A DNA stretch of 64,000 bases. Origin: Candidatus Woesebacteria bacterium. GTDB taxonomy: Bacteria; Patescibacteriota; Microgenomatia; UBA1400; UBA12028. The notes under the pieces are model-generated. The model worked only from the letters and a program-made list of their open reading frames with translations. It had not been told where the DNA came from and did not search any database. Shown here piece after piece: positions 42,568 to 50,117 of this stretch; the stretch's first letter is position 1, and each line of letters opens with the position of its first letter. Location of the stretch: the NCBI GenBank assembly GCA_040006915.1, contig JBDTWD010000004.1, forward strand, positions 65,033 to 129,032, written 5' to 3'. The translations under genes were made by a program, and so were the position numbers.

Positions 42568-44918
42568 ATGTGAAGACAGATAGTTAACGATCCAATCCTT
42601 TCACCGTATTGGCGATTTCGGTAACATTTGAGCTAGATATGTTCTCACCACTTTGCTCAAACAAATGGCGGCCTACAAGTCGCTGATTTATGTCATCAGG
42701 GTAGTCTGTGATTCGCAAGGTCAGTTCTCGGACAAGCGAAGAAGGGATTTGAGCTATGTTACTGATAACATTTTCGACACCTTGCGGCATTCCCATCCAG
42801 GCGACTGTATAGCCAAAAGTGATATTGCCTGGCCCGGAGGTATCCATGAGCTGATTTCCGATGACAAATCGAATTTTTGCTCTACAGTCACTGTCATTTC
42901 CACATATCGTATTTTCGACATTGCCTTTTATTACATCGACTTCTCCAACGAGAAATACATTGTAGGTGAAGGCCTCTATGAATGGTTGATTGAGATTTGC
43001 AGCATTACATTGTGTATCATTTAGCACGCACAGAATTTTGTGATCCATGCGACTACGCAGTCGGTTGATTTCCCATATGACAAAATCTGCACCATTCAAT
43101 ATGTGGAAGGTTGCATGTTCATATCGGACTGTGAATGAAGCCCCATCAGACATTGTAATCGGATAATCTGTAGTGGAAAACTGATTGTTTTCTAGGGCTT
43201 GATAGGGTTCCAGCCAATACGTTGAGCTGTTTCCTTCTGGCGACCAACCCACAATACCAGTGACATCCACACGGATCTTCCACCAATTAAGGTATCCGTC
43301 CGAGTTAGACTCACGACATACAGGGCCTTCGAGAACATCGAATGTTTCACCAGGAAGCATGACATCTACCTGTGTGCCACTCGGTTCGTTTCTGACTCGT
43401 GTATCACCTTCCACGAGTGAGTTCCGGCCTTTTTGTCCCACGACCAAACGAGTAGCAAGTGCAACCCCGCATGATCCGCTAGTTGCAGGAGGATTCGGGT
43501 TGTTTACCACTGGTGCTGGTTGGCTTGAGCCATTATCAGCACCACTTCCAAGAGTCGTGTAACTTGAGCCGCCCGAGACCCAACCTGACCCGCCATTCCA
43601 ACTGACGTTGTACCAACCATTACTGGTGGATATATAGTTGAAGTAGCGACCAAGCGGTGCCTTTGCGACGATCGAATACTGGGTACCCGATCCCGAACGT
43701 ACATTCAACATCCCGGTGACCACTTTTACCCACTGCCCACCAGGAGCAGAAGTGTAGCCAACCTGACCAACGTCGTTGGTTGTTTGTTGTGGTTGCGGAT
43801 TTTGGTTTCCGCTCCCAGTTCCAGGTTGTGGAGATGTTTCGCAAGACCAGCCGGCGAGACCGCCTTGCATCCAAGCATATGGGCGCTCGCTGCCCCAAAT
43901 CTCACGACATACTGAGTCATGATCGAGGACATTTCCGCCACAGCCCCAAGTATTGGGATTTACACCATCGTTGGAGCCATTTTGTCCAAATTTTGCTTGG
44001 CAATAATTATCTACGTCCAGTCCGTTGCTGCCCAACCGGAACTGAGAAAACGAGTTACCTCCTCCTCCACTGTTTTGCGGAGGAGTCACCGGGTTTCCCG
44101 CAGTCCCTGTCGATGAGCCACCTCCAGAAGAGGTTGCTCCCTGTTGAACAGTCACAGTTACTTGCGCGTTTGGGGAAGTCTTCCACGAGTCATCCCCACT
44201 ACATGCGGCATCGGCAGTGATTACGTAAGTTCCAGGCTGATTGCTTGACCAGCCACTCGTAACAACCCAGGTTGTCTCTTCATCGAAAAGGACACCGTTC
44301 GCATACAGCCGAATACCACGAACATTCGTATTCGTACACGAAGCCTCTGCAGTGATTCCCACGTTTGCTCCTGTTGTTACAGTTGTGGCACTGACATTTA
44401 AGCTGATCGAGACCTCATACCCTACAGGCGGCGGAACTGGCGTGGGGTTACCCCCGTACCAGTCAAAACCAACCCTGGATTCAGTTGCCTGAGACCAATC
44501 TTCACCCTTGCAATGAACCTGAGCAATGGCATTGTGATGGCCATTGCTGATACGAGTCCCGTCGAGACGGAACCCGCTACCACTATTCGTCTGTTCGACA
44601 TGAGTGTTGTTGGCATCGTCCACGCCAACACGCCAGTCATAGCTTTCGCTTCCCGGACAAGTGACGCTGATATTGCCATTTAGCTGGCTATCGATGGTGA
44701 ATGTAGGGATCGTACCAGATCCCGCAAGAACGGTTTGTAGGCTAACGCCTAAAACCCCGCAAAGAAATATATACAACAGAAACTTACGCAAAATTGCACC
44801 TCCGTGCAAAACCACACCTAGCAGAACTCGTATTTGAGCTCACTATTCCAGGTGGAAGTCTATACACCCAAACCCTGGATATACACACTTCCACCTGGAG
44901 ATTTCTCTGTCTTCACAT
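42568..44918. repeat. 13-bp inverted repeats flanking the 2.2-kb gene
   Basis: ATGTGAAGACAGA (42568-80) and TCTGTCTTCACAT (44906-18). Confidence 0.75.
42584..44791 (-). CDS. Secreted multidomain protein: Ig-like, Cys repeats, two SH3b, C-terminal Ntox44-like domain
   Basis: TTG start after GGAGGT; signal peptide; LNVRSGSGTQY..WY.V..GWVSG; RL..G...GPVC...WW..GW..EG..YWLEP; GNITFGY...G...DYPDD...G..L. Confidence 0.7.
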   Translation of the reverse strand: MRKFLLYIFLCGVLGVSLQTVLAGSGTIPTFTIDSQLNGNISVTCPGSESYDWRVGVDDANNTHVEQTNSGSGFRLDGTRISNGHHNAIAQVHCKGEDWSQATESRVGFDWYGGNPTPVPPPVGYEVSISLNVSATTVTTGANVGITAEASCTNTNVRGIRLYANGVLFDEETTWVVTSGWSSNQPGTYVITADAACSGDDSWKTSPNAQVTVTVQQGATSSGGGSSTGTAGNPVTPPQNSGGGGNSFSQFRLGSNGLDVDNYCQAKFGQNGSNDGVNPNTWGCGGNVLDHDSVCREIWGSERPYAWMQGGLAGWSCETSPQPGTGSGNQNPQPQQTTNDVGQVGYTSAPGGQWVKVVTGMLNVRSGSGTQYSIVAKAPLGRYFNYISTSNGWYNVSWNGGSGWVSGGSSYTTLGSGADNGSSQPAPVVNNPNPPATSGSCGVALATRLVVGQKGRNSLVEGDTRVRNEPSGTQVDVMLPGETFDVLEGPVCRESNSDGYLNWWKIRVDVTGIVGWSPEGNSSTYWLEPYQALENNQFSTTDYPITMSDGASFTVRYEHATFHILNGADFVIWEINRLRSRMDHKILCVLNDTQCNAANLNQPFIEAFTYNVFLVGEVDVIKGNVENTICGNDSDCRAKIRFVIGNQLMDTSGPGNITFGYTVAWMGMPQGVENVISNIAQIPSSLVRELTLRITDYPDDINQRLVGRHLFEQSGENISSSNVTEIANTVKGLDR

Positions 44919-45062
44919 GTAAAAGATCTCATGCTCCTACGAATTCCTCGAAAAATCCCGTGATGGGATCCTGAAAAATACGAGAAAACACGAAAGAAGA
45001 TTCTATCTTATATCTGTAAGATATACAAGCTATGGGCTATACAAACACTTAAAATTAGGGGA

Positions 45063-45752
45063 TTATTTCTTTGCGAGCTGATTTGGAACACCTTTGGTCA
45101 ATAACCGAATTGGGTCCGTAGCCACACAAGTGTAATACTGTTGGTCAGCCTGACATAAACGGGTCTCAAAGTGGACGTGTGGACCTGTAGAGTGTCCAGT
45201 CATTCCGACGATACCCACTGGTTGTCCCATTCCCACTTTGTCTCCAACCTCTACGGCTGTGGACTTCATGTGAGCATAGAGAGAGCGAACAGTCTGAGTT
45301 CCAAAGGTGTGCTCAACGACGACATAGCGTCCATAGCCACCAGCTTGGTATTCATTTTCCACGACGATACCTTCATGCATGGATAACACTGGACTTCCAA
45401 CGTCAGCACGGATATCGATTCCTGGGTGATAGGAAGTAAAGTAGGTAGAAATACCTTTCACTTCAGATGGGAGAAGTGGAAGGGTCATTCCAGCTGCAGT
45501 CAAAGTTGTACTACTCTGCGCATCAATAAAATAGTCTTGGAGAAATTTATCAGCTAACTTAGCTGATTCACTTGCATCCTTGTCTTCCTGAGTAAGGTCA
45601 GGAGAAGGGTTCTGTATTCCCTCACTCTCAGGCTGCTTGGCAGCTTCAATAGTGAAGTTTAAAAATGACAAGCTCATAGCCTTGGCACCGCTTGGGAAAG
45701 CCATAGCCATCATTGTCACGATCGTTAAAGCACACAGGCTTTTGCGTATCAT
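45063..45752 (-). CDS. M23 family peptidase, exported
   Basis: HPGID (HxxxD), GYGRYVVVEH, YAHM, TGHSTGPHVHFE (HxH). Confidence 0.9.
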   Translation of the reverse strand: MIRKSLCALTIVTMMAMAFPSGAKAMSLSFLNFTIEAAKQPESEGIQNPSPDLTQEDKDASESAKLADKFLQDYFIDAQSSTTLTAAGMTLPLLPSEVKGISTYFTSYHPGIDIRADVGSPVLSMHEGIVVENEYQAGGYGRYVVVEHTFGTQTVRSLYAHMKSTAVEVGDKVGMGQPVGIVGMTGHSTGPHVHFETRLCQADQQYYTCVATDPIRLLTKGVPNQLAKK

Positions 45753-45830
45753 AATTGCCGCATCATCGCGGCCAGCTTTATCCTCTGCTTTCACAGGGAC
45801 AAAAAAACCTCCACATTTGGAGGTCAGCCT

Positions 45831-45859
45831 ATAATAGGTGGTGCAAAGATATTTGTCAA
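45831..45859 (-). promoter_or_regulatory. Sigma70-type promoter for the M23 gene
   Basis: Minus strand TTGACA, 17 bp, TATTAT. Confidence 0.7.
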
Positions 45860-45958
45860 GAGTACCAACCCCTCTTTCCTGTCTGGACGCAAACTGCTCC
45901 CATCTGGAAAAAGCACCTATCTTTTCCCCCTCTCTCTGGTATACTAGACGATACTTCT

Positions 45959-46954
45959 ATGAAGTACCTCTCCTCAGCGCAAATCGCCAAAAAAAGGGTT
46001 CTAGTGCGTCTAGACCTAGATCTCCCTAAAGCTGGTGCGTCCTTTGATACGACCCGATTAGACCAGGGAATCCCGACTCTCCAGTACATCCTTCGCCATG
46101 ACCCAGAACTGATTACGGTTATTGCCCACCGAGGCAGGCCCAAAGGCAAGAGTAGTGCCTATTCATTGACCCCGATTGAAAAGCTCTTACGAGCTCACTT
46201 CTCCAAAGAAGAGAATGCCAAGATTGTAGTGCTTCCAAATCTTCGGTTTGACCCGAGAGAAGAAAAAGGCAGTTTGACCTATGCCCGAGAACTTGCCAAG
46301 AAGCAAGATCTGTATGTTGTCGACTCTTTTGCCACCTTGCATCGCAATCACACTTCGATCACTTTCATCCCTCAGATCCTCCCTACGTACCCTGGTGTCC
46401 AACTGGAAAAAGAGCTCAAAGCCTTTGCAAAGGTCTTTAACGCCCCCAAGCGTCCTTTCGTCATCCTTCTGGGTGGATCCAAGCTAGAGACCAAAATGCC
46501 CCTCATAGAGGCTTTCGAGAACCAAGTAGACGTCATCTTAGTGGGTGGAAAACTCGCCTTAGAAGCCAGAGAGCAAAACCTCTCCAAAGGCCGAAAGGTG
46601 ATTATTGGGGAATTAACCAAGGATGGCAAAGATCTCTCTCCTGAAGCTACCGACCAGTTTATCCGCTTTATCAATGCAGCAGGCACGGTTGTCTGGAATG
46701 GCCCAATGGGAGTCTTTGAAGAGACCAAGCATTCCCACGGAACCAAGGCTATTGCTCTCGCAGTCGATGCAGCCAGAGCTTTTACCCTTACCGGCGGTGG
46801 AGACACTGAAGCAGCCCAAACCAAGTACAATGCCGAAAAGCATGTTGATCACATCTCCTCTGGAGGAGGATCGATGCTTGAATATCTTTACAAACGTACA
46901 CTCCCTGGTATTGAAGCGATCGACGCCAGCCAAAAAGCCTTCAAGATTAAATAG
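45959..46954 (+). CDS. pgk: Phosphoglycerate kinase (compact form, 331 aa)
   Basis: RVLVRLD, HRGRP, NLRF, LGGSK, VWNGPMGVFE, GGGDT, HISSGGG; start ATG 45959. Confidence 0.92.
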   Translation: MKYLSSAQIAKKRVLVRLDLDLPKAGASFDTTRLDQGIPTLQYILRHDPELITVIAHRGRPKGKSSAYSLTPIEKLLRAHFSKEENAKIVVLPNLRFDPREEKGSLTYARELAKKQDLYVVDSFATLHRNHTSITFIPQILPTYPGVQLEKELKAFAKVFNAPKRPFVILLGGSKLETKMPLIEAFENQVDVILVGGKLALEAREQNLSKGRKVIIGELTKDGKDLSPEATDQFIRFINAAGTVVWNGPMGVFEETKHSHGTKAIALAVDAARAFTLTGGGDTEAAQTKYNAEKHVDHISSGGGSMLEYLYKRTLPGIEAIDASQKAFKIK

Positions 46955-46972
46955 TTTTCCAATGTAGATATT

Positions 46973-47001
46973 AAAAGGACGCCCTCATGGCGTCCTTTTT
47001 T
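46973..47001. terminator. Bidirectional intrinsic terminator
   Basis: AAAAGGACGCC-ctcat-GGCGTCCTTTTTT between convergent genes. Confidence 0.8.
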
Positions 47002-47018
47002 GCGTACCTGTGCTGGGG

Positions 47019-47465
47019 TTAATCCAACCGCGTTGAGCAGATGTTAACCCGATACTTGTGATCATCCAACACATAGTACCTCAGCCAGTTTAAGGGATTG
47101 AACCACCAAAGAAGGTAGAGCAACCCATCTGCACACTTGGGGCGAACGTGGAAGATTGTGTAACAATCCTCGGTTCCCTCTTCACTCACTAACCGAAGCG
47201 CCATTCGTTCATCTGTCCAGAACTCTAAAGTAGTATGGCTCTTATCGCTGGAGAGATAGATCATACCACTCGTCTTGACCGTTCCTTCGTCGATGGTGGA
47301 ACCAAGAGTCGCACCAAGACGAAGCACTTCAAGTCTTACCTTTCTCCCTGCCGGTAGACCAGAATAGGTGGCATTTACTTCTCGAACCTTTCTGTCTCGA
47401 ACAACAACCAAAATCTTCTCTATTTTGGGGTTCACTTTCCAGTCCTTTCTCTGATGCATTATCAA
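47019..47465 (-). CDS. Hypothetical protein
   Basis: 148-aa ORF between pgk and gap, ending near the terminator. Confidence 0.5.
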   Translation of the reverse strand: MIMHQRKDWKVNPKIEKILVVVRDRKVREVNATYSGLPAGRKVRLEVLRLGATLGSTIDEGTVKTSGMIYLSSDKSHTTLEFWTDERMALRLVSEEGTEDCYTIFHVRPKCADGLLYLLWWFNPLNWLRYYVLDDHKYRVNICSTRLD

Positions 47466-47584
47466 AGTATTCTGAGCGGCTTACTATTATACTATAGGAC
47501 GGCCTACTTACAAAATGCACCTCCTCAAGAACTCTTTTACGTGGTACAAAAAAGGAGCACATATAGAGCAGTAAGGAGTCTTTT

Positions 47585-48637
47585 ATGAAAATTGCCATTA
47601 ATGGATTTGGACGCATTGGCCGAACAAGTTTTCGCGTGTGGTTTAACTCCCATAAAGAGAAAGCCGATTTGGTTGCCGTGAATACATCTGGGTCAATGGA
47701 CTTGGCTGCTTGGGCACACCTGCTCAAATACGACTCCAACTATGGAGTTTGGGACCAAGAGATTTCCGTACAAGAACATCAAAAATCCAAAGACGCCACG
47801 GATCAAGATCCCGTCATTGGCACTCTGGTTATTGGTGACAAACACATTCAGTTCTTGGCCCAGCGCGATCCAGCCAAGCTTCCTTGGGGCACACTTCAAG
47901 TTGACACAGTTATCGAATCTACCGGCGTGTTTATTACCAAAGAGAAAGCCAGTCTCCATATTGCGGCAGGGGCCAAACGCGTAGTCATCTCTGCCCCTCC
48001 AAAAGGTGAAGATGTTGGAACGTATGTCTTGGGAGTGAATGAAGCAGCTGAAACCCATCAAGAGACTGCGGGCGTTCAAGTACTCTCAAATGCTTCTTGC
48101 ACCACAAATTGTGTCGCTCCAGTTGCCGCCGTTATTCATGCCACCTTTGGTGTCAAAAAAGCCATGATGACGACGATCCATGCCTATACTGACGATCAAA
48201 ACCTGCATGACAATTCTCACCGAGATTTACGCAGAGCCAGAGCCGCTGCCAAAAATATTGTTCCCACTACAACCGGAGCTGCCATCGCAGTCACGGAAAC
48301 AATCCCCGAGCTCAAAGGTTTGTTTGATGGGTTATCCATGCGTGTTCCCGTCGGAGTCGGATCACTTTCAGATATGACCTTTGTGGTCGGAAAACCAACA
48401 ACAGTTGAAGAAGTAAACCAAGCTATTGTCGAAGCTTCAAATGCCCCACGTTGGAAAGGAATTTTAACCGTGACCAATGATCCGATCGTGTCTTCAGATA
48501 TTGTCGGCAGACCAGAGAGCTCAATCGTGGATTTGGCACTTACACAAGTAGTCGGAGGTGATCTCGTTAAAGTTATCTCTTGGTATGACAATGAGTTTGG
48601 GTACTGCAACCGGCTTGTGGAACAGTCGGTGCAATAG
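47585..48637 (+). CDS. gap: Glyceraldehyde-3-phosphate dehydrogenase, type I
   Basis: INGFGRIGR, ESTG, SNASCTTNC, PTTTGAA, WYDNE; AAGGAG SD. Confidence 0.97.
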   Translation: MKIAINGFGRIGRTSFRVWFNSHKEKADLVAVNTSGSMDLAAWAHLLKYDSNYGVWDQEISVQEHQKSKDATDQDPVIGTLVIGDKHIQFLAQRDPAKLPWGTLQVDTVIESTGVFITKEKASLHIAAGAKRVVISAPPKGEDVGTYVLGVNEAAETHQETAGVQVLSNASCTTNCVAPVAAVIHATFGVKKAMMTTIHAYTDDQNLHDNSHRDLRRARAAAKNIVPTTTGAAIAVTETIPELKGLFDGLSMRVPVGVGSLSDMTFVVGKPTTVEEVNQAIVEASNAPRWKGILTVTNDPIVSSDIVGRPESSIVDLALTQVVGGDLVKVISWYDNEFGYCNRLVEQSVQ

Positions 48638-48657
48638 AATACCTGTATAATCTATTC

Positions 48658-49251
48658 ATGCCCGTTATTTCTCTTATCATCCAGGCAGCTCTCTTTGCGC
48701 TGCTTGCCATTTTCGTCATATTTTTTATTGTTTTGTCATCACTGCTAACTGGGAAAAGACGCGATGACAATATCAGTGACGATTTACACGAAGCAGGCAT
48801 TATCCCTGAAATTGAAGGTGAAGAAATGGCGGGAGAAATGCCCACTGCTCCCGTTGAACGACCAATTTGGGAAAAGTACCCGCAAATATATCGATTTGAA
48901 ATTTTGTATTGGAGAGGAGTGAGTAGACCATGGTGGTGGAACAATTATGCCGAGGATTTGGTCAAATACGCAGGAGAATATTTCCCGTGGAACAAGGTGA
49001 ATTACTACTGTACCTACAACAGTAATTCAGTTGGTGAAGATTACAAAGATCGCCAGTATCATGACCGGATCGTAGCATTGCGTCCTCATAAAGCCTCAAA
49101 ACATCCGTTAGTCGTCATTAACTACGGTGAAGAGTACATCATGGTCGATAACCATGTAGCGCTTGAAGAGATAAAAGATCGCATTGATGCGGAGTGGCTG
49201 CGTCACTACGGGACAAAAATTACCTATCGGAACAGTCCGACAACCTACTGA
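48658..49251 (+). CDS. Membrane-anchored hypothetical protein
   Basis: N-terminal TM, aromatic-rich domain; TATAAT 6 nt upstream. Confidence 0.6.
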   Translation: MPVISLIIQAALFALLAIFVIFFIVLSSLLTGKRRDDNISDDLHEAGIIPEIEGEEMAGEMPTAPVERPIWEKYPQIYRFEILYWRGVSRPWWWNNYAEDLVKYAGEYFPWNKVNYYCTYNSNSVGEDYKDRQYHDRIVALRPHKASKHPLVVINYGEEYIMVDNHVALEEIKDRIDAEWLRHYGTKITYRNSPTTY

Positions 49252-49268
49252 TACAATAGACACTCGTT

Positions 49269-49339
49269 GGCGCGGTACTAAAGCGGTTATAGAGAGGTCT
49301 GCAAAACCTTTTAGATGGGTTCGACTCCCATCCGCGCCT
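49269..49339 (+). tRNA. tRNA-Cys(GCA)
   Basis: Acceptor GGCGCGG/CCGCGCC, anticodon arm GAGGT-CTGCAAA-ACCTT, T arm ATGGG-TTCGACT-CCCAT, discriminator T; CCA not encoded. Confidence 0.93.
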
Positions 49340-49362
49340 CAAAATCTATAGCATGCAATATT

Positions 49363-49800
49363 ATGATGAATGAACGATTTTCTCTTAGGGCAGCTGTTCA
49401 CTTACTGCTTATCAAGAATGGCAAACTGCTCTTACTGCGAAGATTCAACACCGGTTGGGAAGATGGCAAATATAGTTTGATTGCAGGACATGTCGACGGA
49501 AATGAAACTATCACTTTGGCGATGGTTAGAGAAGCAAAAGAGGAAGCTGGTATAACGATTGACCCGAAAGATCTACATGCAGTGCACGTCATGCATCGCA
49601 AATCGGATAAAGAATATATTGATTTTTACTTCATAGCAGACTCATGGGATGGCGATCCACATATTGTTGAGCCAGATAAGGCTGATGATATGTTGTGGGT
49701 CGATTTGAACGATATTCCCGAAAATATTCTCCCCCACATTCAAAATGTGATAGCAAATTATCAACAGAAAATATTTTTCTCTGAGTTTAATTGGATCTAA
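49363..49800 (+). CDS. NUDIX hydrolase
   Basis: Nudix box GHVDGNET...AMVREAKEEAG; start after the tRNA. Confidence 0.9.
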   Translation: MMNERFSLRAAVHLLLIKNGKLLLLRRFNTGWEDGKYSLIAGHVDGNETITLAMVREAKEEAGITIDPKDLHAVHVMHRKSDKEYIDFYFIADSWDGDPHIVEPDKADDMLWVDLNDIPENILPHIQNVIANYQQKIFFSEFNWI

Positions 49801-50117
49801 CTTGTTCTTTGTCCTTGAAATTGCAGCTCTTTGCTTCCCTATCCTCGTGAAGATCCTATCCATGCGATGATCACGAAATCTGACTGCAGCACTCGGGACT
49901 CTCAGAAAGGTCCACATGAATACTCCTGTCCTTCATCTTCACGTACTCTTATCCCTCCCTTACATACTTTTCATACAGAAAATCTTACAATAGTAACGAA
50001 GGTATTGTAGGGTTGTCACACCCCTTTGTTTCCTATATAGTATAGGATTCTTGAAATTCCACGAAAGAACCACTGTACTGATCACTTTCGTCTGGTTCTC
50101 CACTTTGAAATGAACGT

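Noticed and set aside
42513-42590. Possible integron attC site after the toxin-like gene
   Set aside because: No proper RYYYAAC/GTTRRRY pair and no integrase in the window.
42572-44914. The inverted repeats contain inward-facing GAAGAC (BbsI) sites, like a Golden Gate part
   Set aside because: Identity extends to 13 bp and there is no other vector or synthetic signature; a natural repeat is more likely.
42535-45061. TTAGGGG at 42535 and again near 45055 as a target-site duplication
   Set aside because: Only 7 bp and not adjacent to the inverted repeats on both sides; could be chance.
45755-45958. 68-aa N-terminal extension of PGK, and similar extensions on secG, gmd and NUDIX
   Set aside because: They cover promoters, a tRNA or neighbouring genes; the conserved N-termini begin at downstream ATGs.
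49269-49339. tRNA-Cys as an integration site for the EPS locus
   Set aside because: I found no duplicated tRNA 3' end or integrase in the window; cannot be excluded beyond it.
49642-50117. 91-aa minus ORF with AGGAG and short palindromes upstream of the EPS locus
   Set aside because: The ORF overlaps the NUDIX gene by about 160 nt and has no motifs; the 7-bp palindromes are weak in AT-rich DNA.
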